Source: Gemmatimonadales bacterium
GTDB lineage: Bacteria; Gemmatimonadota; Gemmatimonadetes; Gemmatimonadales; GWC2-71-9
Assembly (NCBI GenBank): GCA_050733215.1
Contig: JBOHSN010000001.1
Coordinates: forward strand, 1,487 to 65,486
Reading direction: 5' to 3'
DNA length: 64,000 bases
The notes below the pieces were generated by a model, which worked only from the letters and a program-made list of their open reading frames with translations, did not search any database and was not told the origin of the DNA. Below, in pieces: positions 18,551 through 27,513 of the stretch; position 1 is the first letter of the stretch; the number at the start of each line of letters is the position of its first letter. The translations under genes were made by a program, and so were the position numbers.

Positions 18551-19522
18551 TCACCCCGGCAGCAAGAGTACCTTGCCGGCGGTCTTCCGGCTCTCCAGCG
18601 CCCGATGCGCCTCCGCGGCGTCGCGCAGCGGATACTCGTGATCGATCCGCACGCGGAGCGATCCGTCGACGACCCAGCCGAGGAGCTCGGTCGCGCGCGC
18701 GAGCAGCTCGTCGCGCGTCGCGGTGTAGTGGAAGAGCGTGGGACGGGTGACGAAGAGCGAGCCCTTCTGGTTCAGCACCTGGAGATCCACCGGCGGGACC
18801 GGTCCGCTGGATTGGCCGCAGAGCACCATCATCCCGCGGCGCACGAGCAGGTTGAGCCCCTTGTCGAACGTGGTCTTCCCCACCGAGTCGTACACCACCT
18901 GCAGGCCGGCGCTGCCGGTCAGACGCCGGGTCTCGGCTTCGAAATCCTGCTCGGTGTAGATGATGACTTCGTCCGCCCCGGCTTCGCGCGCGAGCCTGGC
19001 CTTCGCTTCGCTGGATACGGTGCCGATCACGCGGGCGCCCCTCCGCTTGGCGACCTGGCAGAGCAGCAGCCCGACGCCGCCGGCAGCGGCATGCACCAGG
19101 CAGGTGTCGCCCGCGCGGAGCGGATACGTGGAGAGCGCCAGGTAGTGCGCCGTGAGACCCTGGAGAAAGACCGCGGCGGCGAGACGCGCGTCCACCCCAT
19201 CCGGCAACCGGACGAGCCGGTCCGCCGGAACCGCGGCGTACTCGGCGTACGCGCCGGGCGGTCCGGTGTACACCACCCGCTCCCCGGGACGCATACTGCT
19301 GACGTCCGGCGCCACCGCCTCCACGATCCCGGCGGCTTCCATCCCGAGGATATACGGAAGCTGAACCTTATAGAGACCGGTTCGGTGGTACACATCGATG
19401 AAGTTGACCCCGCTCGCCTCGATTCGGACCAGCGCCTGCCCGGGTCCCGGGGCGGGCGTTGACACCGCTTCGTACCGCAGCACATCGGGACCGCCGTGCT
19501 CGTGCACTCTGATGGCCCGCAT
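18551..19522 (-). CDS. qor: NADPH:quinone oxidoreductase (zeta-crystallin/MDR family)
   Basis: 323 aa with MRAIRVHEHGGPDVLRYE..., GVNFIDVYHRTGLY and AAAGGVGLL. Confidence 0.9.
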   Translation of the reverse strand: MRAIRVHEHGGPDVLRYEAVSTPAPGPGQALVRIEASGVNFIDVYHRTGLYKVQLPYILGMEAAGIVEAVAPDVSSMRPGERVVYTGPPGAYAEYAAVPADRLVRLPDGVDARLAAAVFLQGLTAHYLALSTYPLRAGDTCLVHAAAGGVGLLLCQVAKRRGARVIGTVSSEAKARLAREAGADEVIIYTEQDFEAETRRLTGSAGLQVVYDSVGKTTFDKGLNLLVRRGMMVLCGQSSGPVPPVDLQVLNQKGSLFVTRPTLFHYTATRDELLARATELLGWVVDGSLRVRIDHEYPLRDAAEAHRALESRKTAGKVLLLPG

Positions 19523-19529
19523 CCGGGTC

Positions 19530-20132
19530 CTATCCTCTCTCGGTCACGGGATGGTCTCCTGGTCTCGGCAGCGGCGTCTTTCGCCCACCCGCTGCCTCGC
19601 CGGACAACAGCGCGCTCGCGTCAGGATACGGGTAGATCGTCGGCGCACGGTGCTGCATCAGGCCGCCGGTGTCCGCAGTGGGGCCGTAGGTGCTGTGGAG
19701 CTCGCGGCCCAGCATCCGGAGGAGCGCCGTCTGCTGTCCGCGGGGATGGGCGGTATGCGCCACCCGCCGGACGACCACCCAGGCCCGGGAACGCGTCGTG
19801 TCGAAGAACCGGACCGTTTCCTCCCACCATCCCTCGTCGGTCTCCGCAAGCGCGGTAACCCGTCGCGCGGAGTCCTCCGCGTACCGGCGCAGGAACTCGA
19901 GCCGCGTCTCGCTCGCGGGCAGCGGGGGCGCTCCAACGTCCACCCCCAGCAGGTCGCGGAACCAGAGGTTCTCGCTCACGCACTGATGCACCATGTGCTC
20001 CAGGACGCTTCGCCCGCGCCGATCGCCCGCCCGGGGCCGCCCGGCCAGGTCGTCGTCGCGAAACGAGCTCCACGTGCCGAGTACCTTGAGCCGCTCGGAG
20101 GCATAGGTCTCGACCAGGAAATCATATCTCAC
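19530..20132 (-). CDS. DinB family protein
   Basis: Translation YDFLVETYASERLKVLGTW...LEHMVHQCVSENLWF...VAHTAHPRGQ shows the His triad spacing of DinB-like four-helix bundles. I prefer GTG 20132, because the track start at 20201 would overlap treZ. Confidence 0.7.
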   Translation of the reverse strand: MRYDFLVETYASERLKVLGTWSSFRDDDLAGRPRAGDRRGRSVLEHMVHQCVSENLWFRDLLGVDVGAPPLPASETRLEFLRRYAEDSARRVTALAETDEGWWEETVRFFDTTRSRAWVVVRRVAHTAHPRGQQTALLRMLGRELHSTYGPTADTGGLMQHRAPTIYPYPDASALLSGEAAGGRKTPLPRPGDHPVTERG

Positions 20133-20182
20133 GCGATCTCCGGGATGGCATGCACGGAAGTTAGCGGCGCCCCCCCAGGCTA

Positions 20183-22075
20183 TTGTTCGAGGATGTCCCA
20201 AACCTGGAGCCCCGGGTGACCCCGCAATCCGTCGAGGTCCGACCGGGCGTGGAGCGTCGGCTGCCGATCGGGGCTGAGATATGGCCCGATGGCGTCCACT
20301 TCAGGGTCTGGGCCGCACGCCGCGAGCGGGTGGATGTCGTGCTCGAGGCCGGCGGCCGGCTCGAGCCGCTGGCGCCGGGTGCCGATGGATACTTCCAGGC
20401 CCTCATACCCGACCTGGGTGCGGGGACCCGCTACCGTTTCCGGCTCGATGGGGACCTCACCGTTCCGGATCCGGCCTCGCGCTTTCAGCCGGAGGGACCC
20501 CACGGCCCGTCCGAAGTGATCGACCCTGCCGCATTCGGGTGGACCGACGCGGAGTGGCGCGGGAAGGCGCTGGAGGGCCAGGTCGTGTACGAGCTTCACG
20601 TCGGCACGTTCACGCGGCAGGGGACCTGGGCTGCAGCAGCGGAGCTGCTTCCCGCCCTGGCGGATGTCGGCATCACCCTGCTCGAGGTCATGCCGGTAGC
20701 CGACTTCCCCGGCCGGTTCGGCTGGGGATACGACGGGGTCGACCTTTTTGCACCGAGCCGGCTGTATGGCCGGCCGGACGACTTCCGCGCCTTCGTGGAT
20801 CGGGCGCACTCGCTCGGGGTCGGCGTGCTGCTCGACGTCGTCTACAACCACCTCGGGCCCGACGGCAACTACCTCCGCGAGCTTTCGGCCGGTTATTTCA
20901 CCAACCGTTACGCGACGCCGTGGGGCGACTCGCTCCACTTCGATGGGGACGGCTCGGGCCCGGTGCGGGAGTTCTTCCTCTCCAACGCGGCGCATTGGAT
21001 GGACGAGTACCACCTGGATGGACTCCGCCTCGATGCCACCCATACCGTCCACGACGCCTCGGACGAGCATATCCTCGCGGCGGTGGCGCGCCGGGTGCGC
21101 GAGTGCGCGCGCGGTCGCGCCACCGTCGTCATCGCGGAAGACGAGCCGCAGCGGAGGTCGCTGCTTGCGCCGCCGGCGCAGGGCGGCTGGGGCATGGACG
21201 GTATCTGGCACGACGACTTCCATCACTCGGCGCAGATAGCGGCGACGGGACGGCGGGAGGGCTACCTGCAGCGGTTCACCGGCACGGCGGCGGAGCTCGC
21301 CGTGAGCGCGGCGGCGTTCGCCCCTGAGGGAGAACGCGGCCACGCCGGCCTGGTGAACTTCCTCCAGAATCACGACCAGGTCTCGGTCCTGCTTCCCGGC
21401 GGCCACCGGCTGCATCAATTGACGAGCCCCGGCCGCTGGCGCTCGCTCACCGCGCTTCTGCTCCTCGGGCCCGGAACGCCGATGCTCTTCCAGGGCGACG
21501 AGTTCGCGGCGTCGGCGCCGTTCCTCTACTTCGCCGACCACGAGCTGTCGCTCGCGCGCCTCGTGCGCGAGGGCCGCGCGGCCTACCTCGCGCAGTTCGC
21601 GAGCCTGGCCGATCCCGGGGCCCAGGCGCTGCTGCCGGATCCGGCGGACCCGGCGACGTTCAGGCGATCTCAGCTCGACAACCGGGAACGCGAGCGGCAT
21701 TCCGAGGCGCTACGGCTGCACAGGGATCTGCTGGCGCTCCGCCGGTCCGGGGCGGCCCTCGACCGCGGACCACGGGTCGAGTCGGCCCCGTTGTCGGAGC
21801 GTGCCTTGGCGCTTCGGGTGGATCGCGGTCGCGGTCAGGCCACGCTCCTCCTCGTGAACCTGGGCACCGACCTCGAGCTCGTCCGGGAAACGAACGCCAT
21901 TCTGGCGCCGCCGGCCGGGACCGAGTGGTCGTTCCGCTGGTCGTCCGACGACGTCGCCTACGGCGGTCCGGGAATTCCGGACCCGGCGCGGCGCGGGACG
22001 CTCGCGCCGGGCGAATCAGCCGTGCTGCTCGCCGCGGGTCACAGGCGCACCACTCGGCGCTCCGGGCCGGCGTAG
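20183..22075 (+). CDS. treZ: malto-oligosyltrehalose trehalohydrolase (GH13)
   Basis: 630 aa with GH13 regions YNHLGPDG, GLRLDATHTV, VIAEDE and FLQNHDQV. The N-terminal LPIGAEIWPDGVHFRVWA is typical of TreZ. No treY or treX in the window. Confidence 0.9.
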   Translation: MFEDVPNLEPRVTPQSVEVRPGVERRLPIGAEIWPDGVHFRVWAARRERVDVVLEAGGRLEPLAPGADGYFQALIPDLGAGTRYRFRLDGDLTVPDPASRFQPEGPHGPSEVIDPAAFGWTDAEWRGKALEGQVVYELHVGTFTRQGTWAAAAELLPALADVGITLLEVMPVADFPGRFGWGYDGVDLFAPSRLYGRPDDFRAFVDRAHSLGVGVLLDVVYNHLGPDGNYLRELSAGYFTNRYATPWGDSLHFDGDGSGPVREFFLSNAAHWMDEYHLDGLRLDATHTVHDASDEHILAAVARRVRECARGRATVVIAEDEPQRRSLLAPPAQGGWGMDGIWHDDFHHSAQIAATGRREGYLQRFTGTAAELAVSAAAFAPEGERGHAGLVNFLQNHDQVSVLLPGGHRLHQLTSPGRWRSLTALLLLGPGTPMLFQGDEFAASAPFLYFADHELSLARLVREGRAAYLAQFASLADPGAQALLPDPADPATFRRSQLDNRERERHSEALRLHRDLLALRRSGAALDRGPRVESAPLSERALALRVDRGRGQATLLLVNLGTDLELVRETNAILAPPAGTEWSFRWSSDDVAYGGPGIPDPARRGTLAPGESAVLLAAGHRRTTRRSGPA

Positions 22076-22632
22076 GTCGCGTCGGCGTGGTACCGGCGCT
22101 CGGCGTCCTCCTGCACGGAGTAGGGCGTACGCGAGGGTCCGAGGTCCGCGCCGTGCTGACTCAGGATGCGGACCGCCGTATCGGCTCGCTCTCCATCCGC
22201 CGTGACGCTGACCAGGACCCCGCCGGCCCGGAACCCCCGGTCGAAGTGCCGCGCGTCGTCCGGCGACAGCCCCAGGCCGACCAGCCCGCCGATCAGCCCG
22301 CCCGTGGCTGCGCCCGCGCCCGCCCCGACCAGGGCGGAGCCGAGCACGCCGCTGGCCACGATGGGGCCGACGCCCGGAAGGAGCAGGGAGCCGAGCAGGC
22401 CGAGCAGCCCGCCGACCATCCCGCCGGTCGCGGCGCCCGTGGCCGCGCCGTTCGCGGCTCCCCCCTCTACAGCCTCATCCAGGTCGCGGCCGCTGCCCAG
22501 GTCGCGCATGACCACGCCGATCGCCTGGTCGGAGAACCCCGCGGCCCGGAGTGCGCGGAGCGCCGTCTGCGCCGCATCCTGGCGGTCGAACAGCCCGACC
22601 ACCGCGCGGCGGGCCCGTCCTGCTGCCGCCAT
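22039..22632 (-). CDS. general-stress-protein-17M-like / Gly-zipper membrane-associated stress protein
   Basis: 197 aa with VVGLFDRQDAAQTALRALRAAGFSDQAIGVVMRD, a glycine-zipper core (GGMVGGLLGLLGSLLLPGVGPIVASG...GGLIGGLVGLG), and a second module SPDDARHFDRGFRAGGVLVSVTADG. Confidence 0.8.
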   Translation of the reverse strand: MAAAGRARRAVVGLFDRQDAAQTALRALRAAGFSDQAIGVVMRDLGSGRDLDEAVEGGAANGAATGAATGGMVGGLLGLLGSLLLPGVGPIVASGVLGSALVGAGAGAATGGLIGGLVGLGLSPDDARHFDRGFRAGGVLVSVTADGERADTAVRILSQHGADLGPSRTPYSVQEDAERRYHADATYAGPERRVVRL

Positions 22633-22662
22633 GTTGGGATCCTCAGGTTAGAAGGTGAAGCA

Positions 22663-22688
22663 GAAGGGGGCGCCTTCGCGCCCCCTTC
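22663..22688 (-). terminator. stem-loop between the two stress-protein paralogs
   Basis: Minus strand reads GAAGGGGGCGC-GAAG-GCGCCCCCTTC (11-bp perfect stem) followed by UGCUUCACCUUCU. The U tract is weak. Confidence 0.45.
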
Positions 22689-22706
22689 GATCTTCCGTCT
22701 GCAGAC

Positions 22707-23390
22707 TCACACGCCCACGAGGCGCCGCTCCGGGCCGGCATACTGCGGGTCCTGATGCCGCCGACGCTCGTTGCCGCCGTAACTGGTGCTCAGGTCCAGT
22801 TCCTCTTCGCGCAGCTCCAGCCGGGCCGGATCGCTCGTCGTGCCGGCGACGCGCCCCCGCGGGGCACCCTCGCGCCCGGCCCAGGTCGGCCCGAGATCGG
22901 CGCTGTGCGATCCAAGAATGCGCTGAGCCTCGTCCACCCGCGCGCCCGCATCCACCGTCACCAGCGTGCCGCCGCCGCGGAACCCGGTGTCGAAATGCTT
23001 GGCGTCTTCCTCGGAGACGCCAAGACCCATCAAGCCGCCGATGAGGCCGCCAGTCGCGAGCCCGGCGCCGGCACCTACCAGTACGGATTCGAGGACGCCG
23101 CCGACGACGATCGGTCCGAGGCCGGGTATGAGCAACGACCCGAGCAGCCCGATGATCCCGCCGACCAGCCCGCCACTCACGGCGCCGGCTGCGGCGCCCT
23201 TGCCTGCCGGTGAGGTCTCGGCGCTCCCGGCCAGGTCGCGCTGCTCGGCGCGGTCCTTGATGGCGATGCCGATCTGGTCGCGCGTGAATCCTGCGTCCTT
23301 GAGATCGCTGATCGCCTGCTCGGCGTCGCCCCGGTGGCGAAACAGACCGACGACGGTCCGTCCCGTCTTGTTGGCAGAGTCGAAAGCCAT
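22707..23390 (-). CDS. general-stress-protein-17M-like / Gly-zipper stress protein (paralog of 22039..22632)
   Basis: ATG at 23390. Translation MAFDSANKTGRTVVGLFRHRGDAEQAISDLKDAGFTRDQIGIAIKD... shows the same three-part architecture and the same C-terminal Y-x-GPERR-x-V ending as its neighbour. Confidence 0.8.
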   Translation of the reverse strand: MAFDSANKTGRTVVGLFRHRGDAEQAISDLKDAGFTRDQIGIAIKDRAEQRDLAGSAETSPAGKGAAAGAVSGGLVGGIIGLLGSLLIPGLGPIVVGGVLESVLVGAGAGLATGGLIGGLMGLGVSEEDAKHFDTGFRGGGTLVTVDAGARVDEAQRILGSHSADLGPTWAGREGAPRGRVAGTTSDPARLELREEELDLSTSYGGNERRRHQDPQYAGPERRLVGV

Positions 23391-23529
23391 GATGTCAGAT
23401 CCTTGTTGCGAAGTGCTTGGTGAGAGTGTCCGGCAGACACTGCAGGTCCGTCGCGAGGCGCCGCGGTCGCCGCGCCTCACGGGTCGCCGTCAAGCTAAGC
23501 CGCGTACCGGGGTTGTTAGGTGACCGTAG

Positions 23530-25083
23530 TCACATAAGCGGGCGGTGCAGCGGCAGCTCCAACGCGTCCCACAGGGCGAGCCAGCTCGCCTCGATGATGT
23601 TCTCGGAGCAGCCGACGGTACTCCAGCGTTCCGCTCCGCGGGCGGACTCGACGATGACCCGCGGGCGCGCACCCGTGCCCAGGTGCTCGTCCACGATGCG
23701 GACCTTGTAGTCCACCAGCCGCACGTCCTCGAGCGCGGGATGGAACGGGACCAGGGCCTTGCGCAGCGCGCGGTCGAGCGCATTCACCGGGCCGGCGCCC
23801 TCCGCGGCGGTATGCATGATCTGGTCGCCCACGCGGAGCTTCACGGTGGCCTGGGCCCGCACTCCTTGCCCGCCCCGCTTTTCGACCAGGACGGTGAAGT
23901 CGAGCAGCTCGAAGGGGGCCTCGTAACCCGGCGCTGACCGGCGAAGCAACATCTCGAACGAACCTTCCGCCGCCTCGAACTGAAAGCCGCGGTGCTCGAG
24001 CTCCTTGATCCGCTGGAGCACCGCGCCGTCGTCGGCCCCGCCGTCGAGCCCGAGCGCCTGGGCGCGGAGGCGCACGTTGCGCCGTCCGGCCACCTCGCTC
24101 ACCACGACGCGCATCTCATTGCCCACCACCGCGGGGTCCACGTGGTGGTAGCTCTCCGGCACCTTGGCCACGGCCGCCGCGTGGATGCCGCCCTTGTGGG
24201 CGAACGCGCTCCGGCCGACGTACGGCGCGTGCGCATCGGGATTGAGATTCGCGATGACCGCGACCACCCGGGAAACCTCGGTGAGCCGGGCGAGCCGGCC
24301 GGCGGGGAGCACGTCCCGGCCGAGCTTGAGCTGGAGGTTCGCGATCACCGGGACGAGGTCCACGTTGCCGCAGCGCTCGCCATACCCGTTGATCGTCCCT
24401 TGCACCTGCGCGCACCCGGCTTCCACCGCGGCGAGCGCGACGGCAACCGCCAGTCCGCTGTCGTCGTGCGGGTGGATGCCGAGGGGTGCGTGGATGCGGT
24501 CGCGCACGCGGCAGACGACTTCCCCGACCCGCGCGGGCAGGCTGCCGCCGTTCGTGTCGCAGAGCACGACCCAGGAGGCGCCGGCCGCTTCGGCCGCCTC
24601 CAATGTGGCGAGCGCGTACTCGGGATCCTGGGCGAAGCCATCGAAGAAGTGCTCCGCGTCGTACACCACTTCCCGATCCTGGCCCCGAAGCCACGCGACG
24701 CTCTCCCCGATCATGGCGAGGTTCTCGTCCCGCGTGGTCTCCAGCACGCGCTCCACGTGCAGGGTCGAGCTCTTGCCCACGACGGTGACCGTGGGCGTGG
24801 CGGCAGCCACCAGGGCGCGGAGACTGGCGTCCTCGTCGCACCGGGTCCCGACCCGCCGTGTACTGCCGAACGCCGCGACCTTCGCCCGCCCGAGCGGCTC
24901 CGCGGCCACGCGCCGAAAGAACTCCGCGTCCTTCGGGTTGGAGCCGGGCCAGCCGCCCTCGATGTACTGCACACCGAGCTCGTCGAGCAGCCGGGCGATC
25001 TTGACCTTGTCCTCGACCGAGAGCGAGAGTCCCTCGCGCTGGGTTCCGTCGCGGAGCGTCGTGTCGTAGAGCGAGATCGGCAT
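23530..25083 (-). CDS. cimA: citramalate synthase (IPMS-like, CimA type)
   Basis: 517 aa. MPISLYDTTLRDGTQREGLSLSVEDKVKIARLLDELGVQYIEGGWPGSNPKDAEFF is the typical CimA N-terminus. The C-terminal LeuA-dimer regulatory domain is present. Confidence 0.9.
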   Translation of the reverse strand: MPISLYDTTLRDGTQREGLSLSVEDKVKIARLLDELGVQYIEGGWPGSNPKDAEFFRRVAAEPLGRAKVAAFGSTRRVGTRCDEDASLRALVAAATPTVTVVGKSSTLHVERVLETTRDENLAMIGESVAWLRGQDREVVYDAEHFFDGFAQDPEYALATLEAAEAAGASWVVLCDTNGGSLPARVGEVVCRVRDRIHAPLGIHPHDDSGLAVAVALAAVEAGCAQVQGTINGYGERCGNVDLVPVIANLQLKLGRDVLPAGRLARLTEVSRVVAVIANLNPDAHAPYVGRSAFAHKGGIHAAAVAKVPESYHHVDPAVVGNEMRVVVSEVAGRRNVRLRAQALGLDGGADDGAVLQRIKELEHRGFQFEAAEGSFEMLLRRSAPGYEAPFELLDFTVLVEKRGGQGVRAQATVKLRVGDQIMHTAAEGAGPVNALDRALRKALVPFHPALEDVRLVDYKVRIVDEHLGTGARPRVIVESARGAERWSTVGCSENIIEASWLALWDALELPLHRPLM

Positions 25084-25115
25084 GGCGCGAGCTCCGCCGG
25101 GCGGGGCCGGCAGCG

Positions 25116-25150
25116 AAAAAAGAAAGCGGCCTCTCGGAAGGAGAGGCCGC
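25116..25150 (-). terminator. intrinsic terminator/attenuator in the cimA leader
   Basis: Minus strand reads GCGGCCUCUCC-UUCC-GAGAGGCCGC followed by UUUCUUUUUUC, ending 32 nt upstream of the cimA ATG. Confidence 0.7.
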
Positions 25151-25267
25151 GTGGGATCGCCGATTCGTGCGCTGCGTCAGCCGCGCGCCGGCACGCTGCC
25201 TCTCCGCGGGTGCGGAAGAAGGCAGATGCCGATGGGAAGCGGGAGACGGGCGAACCGCATGGTTGCA

Positions 25268-25295
25268 ATTCTATTCAGCCGGACGCATACGTCAA
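25268..25295 (-). promoter_or_regulatory. sigma-70-like promoter of the cimA leader
   Basis: Minus strand has TTGACG (25295..25290), a 16-nt spacer, then TAGAAT (25273..25268). The predicted start falls at or just before an ATG at 25260. Confidence 0.5.
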
Positions 25296-25397
25296 GTTTC
25301 TGAACCACGAGCCCGACGGTGCCGGGATGCCGGCTAATGCGACCTCGACCGCGGGGTCTTGGCGGACCGCGCCGCGGCCGACCATCACCGGCAGCGC

Positions 25398-25437
25398 AGA
25401 AAAGGTGGGTGGAACGGGCGCGAGTGCGCCCGTTCCC
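25398..25437 (-). terminator. intrinsic terminator downstream of the aminotransferase gene
   Basis: Minus strand reads GGGAACGGGCGC-ACUC-GCGCCCGUUCC followed by ACCCACCUUUUCU. It lies ~165 nt after the stop at 25601. Confidence 0.6.
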
Positions 25438-25600
25438 GCGAGATATATAAGAAGAGGGGGTTAAGAGGGTTAAGCAGCGAAAGCAGAGGAGAGGGTCAGC
25501 TCATCCGGCCACGGGGCTTGGGGGCCGAGGGCTAGGAATCGGATGTCTCGCAGAGCGCCAACCGGTCTCCACTTCCACTATCTGGCAAGATACCCGTCAC

Positions 25601-26710
25601 TTAGAGCCCCGCTGTGCGCCGGGTCACACGCCGGACCCCGCCGGCCACGTCCGTGAGAACGCCCAGCATGGTTTCCACGGCCGCCGGCGTGGCGTCGCCC
25701 ATGTGGCCGATCCGGATCAGGCGACCGGCCAGCGTGCCGAGGCCTCCGGCCAGAGTGAACCCGCGGGCACGCATCTCCCGCAGCACCTCGGGCACGCCGA
25801 TCCCCGCTGGCGGGACGAGCGCCGACACTGCCGCGGAGCGCCGGCCAGGGTCGGCCAGGAAGGTCCAGCTCGATGTGGCGACCCAGCGCTCCACGATCGC
25901 GAGCATGGCGGCATGGCGGCGCCAGCGCGCTTCGACCCCGCCCTCCCGGTCGATCCGGCTCAGTTGGCATTGCAGGGCATACAGGTGCGAGAGCGCCGGC
26001 GTCTGGGTGGGCTGGCCGGTTCGCGCGGCTCGGTCGTAGCGCAGCAGGTCGAGATACCAGCCGCGACCGGTGACCCCGGCCGCGCGCTGGAGCAGCCGGG
26101 GTGAGGCGACACCGAGGCCGAGCCCGGGTGGCATCGCCAGGGCCTTCTGTGATCCGGTGAACACGAAGTCGAGGCCCCACGCATCGGTCTCGACCGGCAG
26201 CGCGCCGACCGACGACACCGCGTCCACCACGACGAGAGCGTCCGAGCGCTCCCGCACCACGCGAGCGAGGTCCGCCAGCGGCGCGAGCGCGCCGGTGGAG
26301 GTCTCCGAGTGGACGAAGAGCACCGCGTCCACCGGCGGGCCACCCAGGAAGCGCTCCAGCTGCGCCGGCTCGAGGGTCCGGCCCACCGGCACGTGGAGCC
26401 GCACCGTCTCCCTCCCGCAGGCCTCGAGGGTTTCCGCCAGCCGGTCGCCGAAGAAGCCGCCGCACACCGCGAGGCCGCGTCTGGGCACGGCGCTCCGGAT
26501 CACGCCTTCGAGCAGGCCGGTGGCCGAGGACGCGGTGAGCAGCACCGGCTCGCGGGTGCGAAACAGGCGCTGGAGCCCGGGCTGGAGACCGTCGAGGAGT
26601 GCGCGCGCGTCATCGCTCCAGGGTGAGATCATCGGCCGCTCGAGTTCGGCGAGAATCTCGGGGTGGACCTCGACCGGCCCGGGCAGGAAGAAGCGTCCGA
26701 AGTCGCTCAT
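25601..26710 (-). CDS. class V aminotransferase (serine-pyruvate/alanine-glyoxylate aminotransferase-like)
   Basis: Starts at ATG 26710 (MSDFGRFFLPGPVEVHPEIL). The PLP lysine context is FTGSQKALAMPPGLG. The upstream 46 codons of the track ORF are Arg/Pro-rich and overlap the next gene. Confidence 0.88.
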   Translation of the reverse strand: MSDFGRFFLPGPVEVHPEILAELERPMISPWSDDARALLDGLQPGLQRLFRTREPVLLTASSATGLLEGVIRSAVPRRGLAVCGGFFGDRLAETLEACGRETVRLHVPVGRTLEPAQLERFLGGPPVDAVLFVHSETSTGALAPLADLARVVRERSDALVVVDAVSSVGALPVETDAWGLDFVFTGSQKALAMPPGLGLGVASPRLLQRAAGVTGRGWYLDLLRYDRAARTGQPTQTPALSHLYALQCQLSRIDREGGVEARWRRHAAMLAIVERWVATSSWTFLADPGRRSAAVSALVPPAGIGVPEVLREMRARGFTLAGGLGTLAGRLIRIGHMGDATPAAVETMLGVLTDVAGGVRRVTRRTAGL

Positions 26711-27378
26711 GGCGCGGCGAACGGCCTGGCCTTGAGCTCGGCCAGCTCGGCGCGGATCTGACGCATGCGGCGGTTGCTCGGATAGCGGTCGAGGAGTCGG
26801 CGGAGCTCGCCCATCGCACGGCCCGGCTGGGCGAGCCGGTGCTCCCACAGCTCCGCCAGCGCGAGTCCGACCCGGATGTCGTCATCCGGCGAGAGCGGGT
26901 CCCCGGCGCGCAGCGCGTCGAGCTCGGCGGCGGCGCTCTCCGGCTGATGCAGGGGGCCGGCGAGCAGGGCGGCGCGGCGGAGCACGGCCTCGGCCCGTCC
27001 CCGTTCCTCCCGGGCGCGCTCCAGATACGCTTCCGCCGCCGCGGCGTAGTGTCCGCCGGCGACCAGGGCCTCCAGGCTGGAGTATCCGCCGCCGACGCGC
27101 CGGAGGCCGACGTTCTGGAGCCCGCGGGCAACGCCGTCCACCAGCGGCTCCAGCACGCCGTCGAGCAGTCCGACCGCGAAACCGTAGACCGCCCAGCACA
27201 CACCCACCAGCTGGAGCGCCCGCGGCTCGACGCCGCTCGCGGCCACGACGACGGCGGCCACACTGGCGAATAGCAGGATCGCCGCCACGGCGATCTTGAT
27301 CAGACGAAAAGGATTCTCGATCGAGGGCGTCAAGGGCGGTAAGCTACGGCCCCGCGCGAAGCGCGGGCAAGTTGACAT
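26707..27378 (-). CDS. hypothetical membrane protein with C-terminal helical (TPR-like) region
   Basis: 223 aa with two TM helices (IKIAVAAILLFASVAAVVVAA, LQLVGVCWAVYGFAVGLL). Its stop overlaps the aminotransferase ATG (ATGA), supporting a real coupled gene. Confidence 0.65.
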   Translation of the reverse strand: MSTCPRFARGRSLPPLTPSIENPFRLIKIAVAAILLFASVAAVVVAASGVEPRALQLVGVCWAVYGFAVGLLDGVLEPLVDGVARGLQNVGLRRVGGGYSSLEALVAGGHYAAAAEAYLERAREERGRAEAVLRRAALLAGPLHQPESAAAELDALRAGDPLSPDDDIRVGLALAELWEHRLAQPGRAMGELRRLLDRYPSNRRMRQIRAELAELKARPFAAP

Positions 27379-27513
27379 TGCTCACGGTGCGGGCGTAACT
27401 CAGCGCGTGCGAGATCGAGTCTCCCGGCGTGATTTCCTCGGGGCCGCGGGCGCGGTGGCCGCGCCGGCCGCGCTGCGCGACACCGCCCACCTCTTTGCAC
27501 AGGTACCCTCCTG

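Noticed and set aside
20180-21700. 506-aa minus-strand ORF opposite treZ
   Set aside because: All four GH13 conserved regions are in the plus-strand frame. The minus ORF has no features.
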